Of a stretch of DNA of 64,000 bases, positions 12,101-23,813 are shown in pieces (the stretch's first letter is position 1; every line of letters begins with the position of its first letter). The position numbers were made by a program, and so were the translations under genes. Origin of the DNA: Naegleria gruberi (lineage: Eukaryota); the NCBI GenBank assembly GCA_000004985.1, contig GG738868.1; one strand, written 5' to 3'. The notes below the pieces were generated by a model, which did no database searches, was not told where the DNA came from, and saw only the letters and a program-made list of their open reading frames with translations.

Positions 12101-13509
12101 ATGATCAAAGTCAAACACCACAAAACCAATACCGAATTAATCTCCTACAAGTTTCTATTGGAAAATTATGTCAAGGCAATGGATAAGGAACTCTATGAGA
12201 AGGTGATCTTCTCCAATACTAATAATAATACTAGTAATAACAATAATCAAAATGATGAAAAGAATATCATTGATAACAATTCAACTAATGATCATTTGGA
12301 TACATGTATCGGAATCATGTTGGGAATTGTATGTGGTGATTGTCTTGGATCTCCATGCGAATTTTATACTTTCAAGCAGATTAGAAGCATGTACTCGGAT
12401 GATTTGTTTTATAATATGATAACTGTGGATGAGGAGAGGGAGGCTGGTGTTTATACAGATGATACTGAAATGGTAAGTTTAGAGAATGAATTAAATTGTT
12501 TCGAATATTGGAATGAAAATAGGCATTGGCTTTAACAAGTTGTATCATTCACAAAAGAGAAATTAATGCAGATTTATTTACCAAGTTCTATGTCAAGTGG
12601 TTTAGAGATATTGGGCCTAGAAGAGGATATGGACCTGCAGTTTCCGTGATTTTAAACAAACTCTATAAGAATGAAATGACTTTCAGAGAGTCAGCCACAA
12701 GTTTTTATAAGGATGGAAGTTATGCGAATGGTGCACTGATGAGGATAGCTCCATTGGCTGCCATTTTGTTGAATTCTGAGGAGGCATTCAATGATGAGTT
12801 GATCTATCAATTGGTTTATACTGCATCCATGACTACCCATGTAAATATTGAGGCTGTGGATGCTGCATTCCTTCAAGTGAGAGCAATTATTGAGCTCGTG
12901 AAAAAGTGGAAAGGAAAATTGGATGAATTCAAACCACAAGAATTTCTCGAATGGATTATTTCCACATCCAAGAGTAAGGCCATGAGAGAAAAATTGGCAA
13001 TCTTACAGGATATTCTCTATGGGCCAAATGCTATACAAGATCCAGGAATGGACAATCTCAATGATCCTAAATCCATGACTCAAGAATACATTCAAAAAGT
13101 TGATCTATTACTGGAAAAAACAGTTGGAAATACTCAATTCGGATTTGGATTTCAAGTGAAAGCTGTGGATGCATTCTCAAATGTCTTGTTCATTTTCTTG
13201 CAATATTACAAGCATCCAGAGCAGGCAATTGTTAGAATGGCTACCATGGGAGGAGATGCTGATACCACATCAGCCATTTTGGGTGGGCTTATTGGAGCAT
13301 TGCATGGAACCAATTGGATTCCACAAAGATGGTTCGACAAGCTTGAAAATGATGGTGATTATGGAAGGGATGCAATTATTAGAATGGCTATCAGGCTCTC
13401 TAAATTGACTTTCAAATCGGAATTGAGCACGAATGATGATAAGGAAAAGCATGTCACTCTTTCTTCTGAAGACGTCGGATTTGAAAAGTTTAAAGAAAGA
13501 TTTGAATAA
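12101..13509 (+). CDS. ADP-ribosylglycohydrolase (ARH) family protein, 2 exons
   Basis: Exons 12101..12472 and 12523..13509. The start could alternatively be 11924, but that upstream part is low-complexity. ARH motifs GIMLGIVCGDCLGSPCEF and YTDDTEM|ALALTSC span the GTAAGT/AG intron 12473..12522. Confidence 0.7.
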
Positions 13510-13515
13510 ATTTTA

Positions 13516-14937
13516 TTAAGGTTTAACTGTTTCTTTGAGATGTGGTTCAATAATTGAAGAATTATCATATAATTTGCCAATGGAAGCCAAATATTCAACT
13601 TGTTGCAAGATGAGAACTGATTCCGTGAGAGAAGGTCTTGTCTTGAACAATGCATTGATCTTCTTATTGAAATGCTTCAATGAAAGATCGAGTGATTTGT
13701 CCTTGAAGTGATTTCTTTGTTGACTAATTGCCCATAATACTGGTGGGAATGTTGATTCATTTCTTAGGAAGGTTTTAACCATGTAAGAAGTGAAATCTGC
13801 ATCAATTTTGGAATAATATTCTTCAAATTTCTTACATGAATCAAGAAAATGTTCAGAATTTTCCATTTCATGCAAATCTTGCAAATCCAATAATAATTTC
13901 TCTTGAATATCTGGATCAAGAATCAAATCGAAAGATGTTCTATTTTCATGAATCCATCTACTGATAGTTTCTAACCAATTCAATGAGTTTCCAATAATAT
14001 TTGCCTTTGGAAATCTCTTTCTAGTTGCTTGATACAGTCCATCTTCAAATTGCTCAATTCTCAAATTCAACTTGCTGACATTCTTCAAAGATGGACTCAA
14101 TTTCTGAGTGAAATCCCAAACTTTTCCAAAGAATCGCTCATCTCTCTTTTCTCTTGACAATACGAAAAGAATAGGATAGGCATCCAAGTTTGGTTTCTTT
14201 ACGAGAAGTGAAACTAATTGAGTTGTTCCAGTTGGGCAATCTTGATAATTAACATCTAAACACAAGTGATCGCAATCTGAAATTCCATTCAAGACGGCAA
14301 CTTGTGCTGGACTGGAGTAGAATAAATTAAATTGAGGAGTGAATTCGAAAGTTCTTAAGAATTCTTCCTCGCTCACTGTTTTAGCGAGGGGTCCTTTGGT
14401 CAATTCGTCCAAGTTGAGTAGCTTGTCCATTTGCTTAATCTTATTTCGAGCAGATTCTACATGATTAGTTTTCACTTCAAAGCTTGGATTTCCTTTATGA
14501 AGTGGTGAAAGTTTCGAATTTAATACATTCACCACCTCATTAACATCCAAAGAATCGTCAGGATTCGAATAAAGCCAATCAAATACTTCTCTTCTCCTCT
14601 CTGGACACAATTTACCCACCTCTCCACTACCATAATACTTTGGTGGAGCATGTGAATGATCATGAGATTGCGTCCACTTGTTAAATTGAGGATAATAAAC
14701 AAGTTTTGCCTGACAACCACTATCTCTTGATTTACAATCAAATTCCATAAGGTTGGTCAACTTGGGATTTTCTTTGTAAATGAATTCATTGTATTGGAGT
14801 GTTGTGGTTTTCTTGTTGGAATGATGTTGAATTTCTGATTGATTAATGACTTGATCGTTGTGTTGGATCAAATCGTGGTAGAATTGTTTTTCAGATTTGG
14901 AAATTTCTAAAGGTTTAGCATTCACTGATTGACTCAT
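13516..14937 (-). CDS. Mutator-like (MULE) transposase-derived protein with N-terminal FLYWCH/WRKY-type zinc finger
   Basis: 473-aa intronless ORF. Cys/His cluster FDCKSRDSGCQAKLVYYPQFNKWTQSHDHSH, then a MULE-core-like segment (LCLDVNYQDCPTGTT...YPILFVLSREKRDERFFGKVWDFTQKL, compare the P-I-A-F-A-L-x-E-x-E-x-x-W-x-F pattern of MULE transposases). No terminal inverted repeats found by eye. Confidence 0.45.
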   Translation of the reverse strand: MSQSVNAKPLEISKSEKQFYHDLIQHNDQVINQSEIQHHSNKKTTTLQYNEFIYKENPKLTNLMEFDCKSRDSGCQAKLVYYPQFNKWTQSHDHSHAPPKYYGSGEVGKLCPERRREVFDWLYSNPDDSLDVNEVVNVLNSKLSPLHKGNPSFEVKTNHVESARNKIKQMDKLLNLDELTKGPLAKTVSEEEFLRTFEFTPQFNLFYSSPAQVAVLNGISDCDHLCLDVNYQDCPTGTTQLVSLLVKKPNLDAYPILFVLSREKRDERFFGKVWDFTQKLSPSLKNVSKLNLRIEQFEDGLYQATRKRFPKANIIGNSLNWLETISRWIHENRTSFDLILDPDIQEKLLLDLQDLHEMENSEHFLDSCKKFEEYYSKIDADFTSYMVKTFLRNESTFPPVLWAISQQRNHFKDKSLDLSLKHFNKKINALFKTRPSLTESVLILQQVEYLASIGKLYDNSSIIEPHLKETVKP

Positions 14938-15800
14938 TTTTTTTTAATTGTGCATGTTTTTTGATATTATTTGGAATATTAACAATTTTAATATATTTGT
15001 AAATATACCTTAAAAGGAGAATCTTCTTAATTATTTAAAGAAACGTTTAATCTCAAAATTAAAATATTCTTGGAATAATTTCAACAACACCAAGCAAATT
15101 AGACAAAGAAATTAAAGTTCCATTGACTCTAAATTCGTATTGATTATCTCCTCTTTAAAAATTTTTCTAAAATTCAAAATAAAATCACTAATGAAAAACT
15201 TATACTTGTTCCTTCCCAATACGAATCAAAATAAATCATAATAATTCAAATTCATTTACTTTTTTGTTGATCCGATATGTTGTTGGATCAGTTTTTTTTG
15301 AATTGCATTGTTAAATAAAAACTCATTGTTTTCAAATCATGATTTGTTAATAATCTTAACGTTCTTCTACTTCAAATAAATATTGAACATGTTGTGTCTT
15401 CAACAAGGTCGGAATTGGTCTTCCGAAGATTTGAGACACGTTTTTGATTCTCTCTCAAAAGATTAAGCAACATTCAACATACAATTCCTTTAAGGATCCC
15501 AAGTCAACTTGATTTACTGTAAATAATCGAGAGGGCTAAAAATATTTTCAGATATGAAAATTGTTCTTCATCATTCTTTCCTTCGAATAAAATTCAAACA
15601 AATCCAGCATATTCACATGAAAACAATGAAACTCAATCTCAACTTTCAACTCTACTAACAGATTGGAGCTAATGAAAAATCTGGCTAGTTTAGCTTCTCA
15701 AGTGGAAGTTCCACTCAATCTCAACACGGAAGATTTTCCTAATCCACTCAACGGTTTGTCCAAATTAACGTTCTATTAATAAAACATCAAGCACAAAAAA

Positions 15801-17635
15801 ATGACCAAAGTTGATACTGTGGCCTCTGTTCGTCCAGAAAATGATCAGCCAGTCACCACTTCAGCAAAAAAGAAGGAAAAGAAGAGAAAGCCCTACGTGA
15901 AGAGAGCATGTCTTTCTTGCCACTCTGCGCACGTAGCATGTGAGGCTGAGAGACCTTGTAAGAGATGGTAAGTATATGAATACAATGTTTTTTTTAATAT
16001 TCATGTGGTAAATTGTTATTAACATTGTATGACAATTTGAAATATAGTAAAAAGAAGGGAATTGCTTGTGTGGATTATATTCCTTCCAAGAAGAAGTCAT
16101 CATCAAAGGAGGAAGATGATGAACAAACCGATGTGAGTGATAATGAAAATCCTCTTGTTGTACAACAGCAAGAACAAGAACACACCTCTCCAAGAAAGAA
16201 GAAGAGAAGATCCCCTACTAGTGGCGAGCCATCGTGTGTTATTAGGATTTCTGCTCCATCTTCAATGGATGAACAAACATCCTCTTCCAACAAGCAACAA
16301 CAAGAACAATCGGAAGCCTTGAATAATTCTTCGAGTGCTCTCGTCAAGTCAGCCCTCACATCATCATCCTCAGCTGATATTAAGAAGAGAAAGACTTCAA
16401 AGAGAAGGAAGGATTCTTCATCGATTAAATCACCACCAGTACTACCATCCATAAAGATTGAAGATGTTCCTCTTGAAGAGGATTCAATGCATACATCATC
16501 CCCAACAATAACTTCTGCCGACCCAGTTAGTTTTGATCCTATAACCAATAATTTACCAATCTCGTCTCAAACAATACCACAACCTAATATGATTAATGCT
16601 AGTATGGTTAACCCTGACATTGCAGCTTCTGACAACAAGTCTCAAATGTCAATGTATCAACCATATTTCTGGAATCAAAATCCAATGATGCAACAATGGT
16701 TTGCTATGCAAATGGCACAATACCAAGCACACAATCAACATCTTCAACAACAAACAGGACAACCTCAACAAAATATGGTCTATCCACCATTCTTCATGAT
16801 GCCAGTAATGCCTCAACAACAAGCCCACACATTCCCAGTACAAACACCTACCTCTCCAATGCAAACAGATGTTGCAATGTCACCATCAACTGCTTTTCCA
16901 ACTATTGAGCAATCATATAATCCTGCATATGCACTTTCGTATAGTGTACCAAAACCAATCACCATGTTGGAAAATACTGATGATGGATTTTCATTCTTTG
17001 ACAATTCAGCAAACACCTATCCTGATAATGGAAATGCATTGATTGAAGAATTAGATGTAAACAATAATGGACTTGTGGAAGAACATTCTAATGATGGATA
17101 TAATAATGAAGAAAAACCAACACAAACTGTAACCACTCCTCCACCAAACAATAATACTACTGATAATCTGGCATTCTTTGAAGATGATGATTACTTTGGT
17201 ACTAGTGCTGCAGATTCTTATCCTAACTTTCCAGATTACACTTCCTCTCCACAGCCAACATTCCAAGAACCTCAAGAAAAGAAAAAACCAATTGTTGCCC
17301 CTCAAAAAGCAACAGATGATGATATTATAGATCTGATTACATCTGAGGCTTCTCTATTGACTGAAAAATCTAAAGAACAACAAAACAATCAAATCAACAG
17401 TCCAAACACAACACTGTCAAATATTGATTCTAGTGGTACTAATGGCTCATCAGACATTGACCTCACTGTGAATGACATTAATTATGTAATCAGTCAAGCT
17501 CCAGATAATATGATTTCAAAGCAAACTATTGGAGAACTCATCAAGAGAATATGGCAAACCCAAGAAAATCAAACAAAGGAAATTAACGAACTCAAACAAT
17601 TGGTTAGTGAACTCAAGAGGATGATCATTTCATAA
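15801..17635 (+). CDS. Zn(II)2Cys6 binuclear-cluster (fungal-type) transcription factor, 2 exons
   Basis: Exons 15801..15967 and 16048..17635. Splicing reconstitutes C-LS-C-HSAHVA-C-EAERP-C-KR-C-KKKGIA-C, the canonical CX2CX6CX5CX2CX6C spacing. The rest is Q/S/N/P-rich with a C-terminal coiled-coil (ELKQLVSELKRMI). Confidence 0.75.
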
Positions 17636-17836
17636 ACTTTGCACCTAAGATTTCAAAAGATAATAAACCATTAAACTTTTTTGAATAACAATAACTGAAT
17701 GAAAATATATGTACATCCGCCAAACTCTATTCTTCAAATTGAACAATAAAGCAATATGAAATTGAATCAATTTCAATCTCGAACTTGACAAAATTCACAA
17801 ATAAAAATAAAAATTAATTTCAAATACAAAAAAAAA

Positions 17837-19771
17837 ATGACGAAAAAGAAACCACAAAAAAAGTCATCACAATCCAACAATAATTCATCAGTGCCGTCGG
17901 GATCTAACAATGCAGGAAAACAATCCCTCACCGAGCACGAAATACAAATGGTTTTATTGGAGGAACAAGAAATTGATCAATTATTTTCTACCATGTCCCT
18001 GAAAAGAAAACCAATTGCAAAGGATGGAGCTTGTCTTTTTAGAGCCTTTTCTGATTTGTATTATGGAACACAAATTTATCATGATAGAGTTAGAAAATCA
18101 TGTATTGAATATATGAAAGAACACGAAAGTTTTTTTAAAGATTTTATATTTGAAATGGATTTTAATTCTTATATTAAATTCATGTCAAAAGCTACATCAT
18201 GGGGAAGTCAATTGGAATTGGAAGCTTTGGCTTCATTGTACAAGGTCAATATTACAGTATATGGTGTAAATGGAATCTTGACTGAACATAGAGGAGATCC
18301 AACTCTTGAAGCACAAGATGTGAAAAATCAATGGAGTTCTGATACTTCAATTTCTGATCTGATAAGACAAAAGAAACTGGAAAAGGTTGAACCAAAGAAG
18401 AGAAAGGAAATTAGATTAGCGTATTTGTATGGAAGTCACTACGACTCTGTTTATCCAGCAAATGAATTTATGAATACTATCATTGTTCAAGATATTATTT
18501 ATGATACCTTTATGGACCCATTTAAAAATGATTTATTTCAAAAGAAGGTTGGAACCTACAAGAATGTGGAATATGATGCTTGGTTAGATGAACTTGAAAA
18601 GATGGAAAAGAAATCTCTTCAAAAAGTTAAGGAATTATTATTTCAGAATGAGAAGAGTTATGATTTGGATGATCCAAGGGAATTCCCACAACTTGCAAAA
18701 CAAAGTTCAAACTCAATTTCACCACCAGTTGCTTCATCCTCATCAACAGATTCTGCAACACCACAAGATGGTTCTGCTGAAAATGCAGATTCATCCGTTA
18801 CAGTAGAAGAAAAACCAGTCAATGCTTGGTTGACTCAAGAGAAACCAAACTGGGCTTCAGTAGCTATAACCAAACCAGTTGAAACTCAACCGGAAGCACA
18901 ACCTGAAACTCAAACTAATGGTACCACTCCAACAATTAATGCCTCAACAAATAATAATAATAATGGAACTACCAAGTCAGTAATATCTCAATCCCACTCA
19001 TTAACAGTCAAAATGGAAACCAGTACTACTCAGGAATCCTCCAACAACAAGAAAAAAGCTAAAGGAAATCACAAATCAAAGAAACCAAAGAACACCGAAA
19101 TATCAAGTAATCAACAAGTTAAACCTAATACTAAGGATGATGTATCATTAACAAATGATGAAGTGAAACAGTCACCTCCAGTTGTGAATATTAATAACCA
19201 AAATAATTCATCTCAACAACAATCAGTGACAATTTCCCAACAACCACCATTAGTTTCTCAATTTTCTCCTCTTACTGGTTATCCTCAACAACCATTCTCT
19301 CCACCCCAATTTATGGGGCAACCTGGAGTCTTTCCTAATCAACCTCCTTTCCTTGTCATGATGCCTCCCCCAGGCACTTATCCAATGCCTCAACAAAATC
19401 CAAATAATGGAATGATTTTAATTCCAACTAATTTGGTTCCGCCAAATTTTGTTCCTCATTATCCAATGATGCCACCAATGCAACATCATGCAAATCAAAT
19501 TGTTCCTCCACCACAGCAGCCTGTTGTTGTTCAGAATCATCAACCAGTTATTCCTCAAGTTGTTACTGAACCACCTAAACCGGTCTCTGCCTGGTCCATG
19601 CCATTACAATCCAATCCAACTTCCAATTTGACTGTTTCTTCTGTTGTAAATTCACAACCAGTCTCTACTTCCACCTCAAGTAGTACTACACCAGCTCAAT
19701 CAACAACAAGTAAATCAGAACCATCAACTACACAGTCAGGCAATAAGAAGAATACAAGAAAGAAAAAGTAA
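17837..19771 (+). CDS. OTU-domain cysteine protease (deubiquitinase-like) with long Q/P/N/S/T-rich tail
   Basis: 644-aa single ORF. OTU core with catalytic Cys context KDGACLFRAFSDLYYG, SWGSQLELEALASLYKVNITVY and His motif YLYGSHYDSVYP. Confidence 0.8.
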   Translation: MTKKKPQKKSSQSNNNSSVPSGSNNAGKQSLTEHEIQMVLLEEQEIDQLFSTMSLKRKPIAKDGACLFRAFSDLYYGTQIYHDRVRKSCIEYMKEHESFFKDFIFEMDFNSYIKFMSKATSWGSQLELEALASLYKVNITVYGVNGILTEHRGDPTLEAQDVKNQWSSDTSISDLIRQKKLEKVEPKKRKEIRLAYLYGSHYDSVYPANEFMNTIIVQDIIYDTFMDPFKNDLFQKKVGTYKNVEYDAWLDELEKMEKKSLQKVKELLFQNEKSYDLDDPREFPQLAKQSSNSISPPVASSSSTDSATPQDGSAENADSSVTVEEKPVNAWLTQEKPNWASVAITKPVETQPEAQPETQTNGTTPTINASTNNNNNGTTKSVISQSHSLTVKMETSTTQESSNNKKKAKGNHKSKKPKNTEISSNQQVKPNTKDDVSLTNDEVKQSPPVVNINNQNNSSQQQSVTISQQPPLVSQFSPLTGYPQQPFSPPQFMGQPGVFPNQPPFLVMMPPPGTYPMPQQNPNNGMILIPTNLVPPNFVPHYPMMPPMQHHANQIVPPPQQPVVVQNHQPVIPQVVTEPPKPVSAWSMPLQSNPTSNLTVSSVVNSQPVSTSTSSSTTPAQSTTSKSEPSTTQSGNKKNTRKKK

Positions 19772-19927
19772 ATCAAAATTATTATTGAAAAAATTGATAA
19801 ATTTTAACAAATTGATAAATGAAAAGCTGAATAGGGCATCTTCAAAAGAATTAGAGATAGCCCAAAGATTGTCTTGATTATTTACAAATAACTGAAATGC
19901 AAATTAAAATTCTCAATAGTAATCTAT

Positions 19928-20263
19928 TTACAAATTATCTACAACTTGTCTCGATTGATAAAAACCATCTTTTGGATGATTTCTATGCCACTTTTTATGA
20001 TTGGTATCAGTGGATCGATGATACCATTGATCATTCGTCCTTCGCCTTATAATAGATTCCTGTTTCTTTGCTTCAATAAACTCTAACTTTTCCCATCCTT
20101 TTGCTGTGTTGTACTTTTCGAAAGTTACCGAAACACCTCGATCACTTTCTTTTGATCGGAATTTGTTTGTACTATACTTTGTGGAGGCTTCAGAAGTTTT
20201 AGGCACTCGAGGTGTTTGTGCCTTGACTTTGCCACTTCTTGCCAACGAACCATACATACGCAT
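19928..20263 (-). CDS. ORF whose N-terminus matches ribosomal protein eS30 but whose remainder does not (fragment or pseudogene?)
   Basis: 111-aa ORF. YGSLARSGKVKAQTPRVPK resembles the eS30 N-terminus (KVHGSLARAGKVRGQTPKV). The expected C-terminus (GRAKRR..YNRRFVNV) was not found in any frame within the 500 nt downstream. Confidence 0.3.
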   Translation of the reverse strand: MRMYGSLARSGKVKAQTPRVPKTSEASTKYSTNKFRSKESDRGVSVTFEKYNTAKGWEKLEFIEAKKQESIIRRRTNDQWYHRSTDTNHKKWHRNHPKDGFYQSRQVVDNL

Positions 20264-20498
20264 TTCAGTTAAATTAATTTGATCAGATTTTTTTCTTGTT
20301 GTTTTTCAAATCTTAAAGTTAATTTTGGAATTTATTTTTCTCTCAAATTCAAAATAGATTCAAGCTTGACTTTGAACTTGAGAGAAAAATCCAATTCAAT
20401 ACCAGAATATTATAAAACTCTTTTTCAAATATTCTTGATTATAAAGCCAGAGTTGCGAAACTCACCTTAATATCGTAATAAGTTAAGAAGAAGAAAAA

Positions 20499-23400
20499 AT
20501 GTCTCTTCCTGCCCATAATTTTCTCTACAGGGATAATCCGATAGAGACAATGAAGAGGAATGTTGAGCAGTTTTTCAGGGGAGGACCACCAAGAGGGCTA
20601 CAACAGGCTCCACCTCCACTCTTTGTTAGGAATGTTTTGCCAACATCGAGAACACCTGTGTTTGCTAATCAACCTCCTTCTCCTTCTTTGCTGACTCAAA
20701 TGAATGAACAACAAACGAGTAGTGAGGAAGGAATTGATGAAAGGAGAGATAAGACCATTCTAATGAGTAGACCCCGAGAGTATGAAGACATCAATCAAGA
20801 TACCATTAAGGACACAGCCTTAGACTTTGAACATCAACAACAATTAAAAGAAAAATCCGATGTAAATAATAATAGAGAAAATAATATTGATGATAACCAG
20901 GAGAATAGTAATAATAGTAATAATATTAACGCAAATACTTTGGGAGAATTATTTTCAAATAGTGTACTATCATCTTACAAATGGTTAAAATTTGATGGTG
21001 ATAAGGCTTGTGTTTATTCCGATCAAAACCTCACAACTATTGTGGAGACTTATGAAGTATCAAAGAGGTTGGGGAAAGGATCAGGAGGAAGTGTCTTTTT
21101 GTGTACAAAACAATCGGATAAGACTGCAATAGCATTGAAGAAAGTCCATGTTGATGATAAATACTTGTTGGAGATGGCAGTAAAGGAGTATTCACTTCTT
21201 GTAAAGCTGAATGAGGAAGGAAAAGGAAATGATAATAGAATTACACCAGTATTTGAACTGTTCATTGATATTGATTCACGGAATGAAACTTACATTATGT
21301 ATTTTACAATGCCAGTGTATCATACAGATTTAGAGAAATATATGAAACAAGCGAGGAAGGATAGTACGATTAATCAAAATATTGTTTTGTCAGTAATGAC
21401 GCAAGTCTCAAAGGCCTTGTCTTACATTCACAGGAATAATATTTGCCATCGTGATATCAAGCCAGCAAACATTTTGGTGGAAGATGTGAAACCTGAATCA
21501 ATCACTTGCGTTTTGGCTGATTTTGGATTGAGTAAGGAAATTGAGGAATCATCAAGACATTCAAATGTGGGAACTTTGAGTTTTTTTGCTCCAGAAATTC
21601 TAACAGAAGAAAGTTATGGGCTGAGAGTGGATGTTTTCGGACTAGGAGTTGTCTTGTTCCAATTGATAACTGGAGACTATTCCAAGAAGATAGCTTGGGA
21701 ACTTGTCCAAAAACCAGAAAATCTTGTGGAGCAATTAATTCAACAACAAATGAAGAATGCCCTCCCAACATTGGAAGATGATATCATTCAAATTATTCTT
21801 CAAATGTTGAAGAAATCACCTCGTCAACGAATTCACTCAACAGAGATTTATCACTTTTGTTTGATGAAGAAAACCAAATCCAAAAAGTTGCAACAATTAG
21901 AGCACAGACTTTCAAATCAGCCTAAACCAATACCTCCACTTAGAACCTCCACTTTACCGCCCAATAGACCACCTTCAAGAAGTATTCCAGAATCAACATT
22001 ACACCAAACTCCAGAAATCAAATTACATGAAGTCCCTGTGGTTTCCTCGTCAAATGATTTACCATCCATTGATAGTTCAGTAAAAGTAAGATCAAAATCT
22101 TTCAGCCAAAGGCAAGATGTAGCGCTGCATGTTATAACAGAAACTTTGGCAGGCTCTTTCAGAAGACTATTCACAAAAACAGATGAAAACTCATTTACCT
22201 CTTTAGAGAGTGCTCTAGCTTTCTGCAGATCACAAGCACAAGATGTTACTTTTACCATATTACTTCATCCAGGAGTGCATAAAATCAAGCAGGTTTTTCA
22301 CATTGATAGATCAAACATAATATTTGAAGGTATTGAAAAGAATGATGAGGAGGCAATTGTTCAAGGAGAGAAAATAATTATTACTGCCAATGTTCTCTTT
22401 AGAAAAATTAATTTTGTAGGAAAGAAGATAATCAAGGGTAGTTTAATGACCAATCCTATAATTATTCAATGTCTGAATTGTGAACCAAAAATCTTGAACT
22501 GTAGAATTAAGGGAAAGGTGTCAATACATTCTAAAGTTCCAAATCTCTGCCCTCACATTGAAGGAACAGAAATATTTGGTAACAGTGATAAATTAAAAAC
22601 AGATCCTCACGAGAGACTTGGGAAAGAAGCATTGTACATTGAAAACTGCTTGCCAATTGTGACAAAGAATAGAATCCACGATAATGGTAAGTAATTTCTT
22701 TGACAAAACATTTTTTACATGAAACAGAAAGTGCAGGAGTGGGGTTGAAGAATTGTGGAGGAATATTCTCAAATAATCATGTGTATAATAACTTTATTTC
22801 AGAAGTACCGGCTGTAATTTTATCGAATGGATGTACAACAAGATTAGTTTCCAACATGTTTTATGACAATATTGCATGTATGTCTATTTCCAATTCTGAC
22901 TGCTGTTGTGAAAACAATGAGCTAAGATCGAGTAGAATTGGAATCAATGCCATTAATTCTTCTGTAATACTAGAAAATAATGAAATTGTAGGAATGAATG
23001 ATTGGGCCATGACTTTGAAGAAGTGTTCTAATTTTGTAAGTTCTCTTTGAGAATATAGCTAATCCACAGATTAGAAAATCACCAATAACAAGTTACACAA
23101 TAACAGGATAGGATTGTTTATGGACGAAATTAATGGAGAAGGGTTAGTGTCAGGAAATAGGTTTAGCTCTTGTAATTCAAAACAATTTTCATCCATTTCG
23201 ATAACTCACCTTTCAAAGATAACAAGTGTTTCTCTACAAGAAAATATGTAAGTGTAATTCAATTTAATGAAATATTTAATGAAATATGAGTCTAGATTTT
23301 TCCAAAACATTGGTGGGGCAATTAATATTTCTGGAAAGGAAGACCTCTCAGAGAATTACATGATCAAGTTGAATATTTCAAAGAATCAAATTTTCAATAA

Positions 23401-23793
23401 TTCAATGTATGGAATAAGGGTTCTTAATGCCATGGGAATTTTCATTTTGGACAATAATATCTTTTCTAATATGGACTCTGGTATAATATTGGATTCACAT
23501 CATGCTGTCACTGTTGAATACAACATTATTAAGGATCATGTTCAATCCCCAGCAATCAGTAAGTTGAAATTACATCTCTCTAATAACTTTGTTCTTTAGG
23601 TATTTTGAGAAATTCTAATCATTTAATTGTAAATAATTCACTTTCAGGAAATGCAAAATACGATTTATTCATCAAAGAACCATTATCAGAGGAATTCCCC
23701 ATGGTTATCAAAGACAACAAGCTATCTAATTCTGAAATAAGAAAGTCCATTCATTACGAAGGAAAAGATGAACAATTTTCAGAAAATGAATAA
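20499..23793 (+). CDS. Ser/Thr protein kinase fused to C-terminal right-handed parallel beta-helix (PbH1/CASH-like) repeats, at least 5 exons
   Basis: Proposed exons 20499..22686, 22728..23035, 23107..23247, 23296..23558, 23600..23793. Kinase motifs HRDIKPANIL, DFGLS, APE. After an S/P-rich linker come beta-helix repeats (NCGGIFSNNHVYNNF, SNGCTTRLVSNMFYDNIA, ISKNQIFNNSMYGIRVLNAMGIFILDNNIFSNMDSGIIL). Junctions 1/2, 3/4 and 4/5 are frame-consistent. The 2/3 junction is off by one nt with the obvious GTAAGT donor. Confidence 0.75.
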
Positions 23794-23813
23794 AAAAACA
23801 ACAATTAATTTGT

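Noticed and set aside
16075-16548. 157-aa minus-strand ORF
   Set aside because: It lies antisense inside the Zn2Cys6 transcription-factor exon. Low-complexity S/C/D-rich translation typical of an antisense frame of a Q/S-rich gene.
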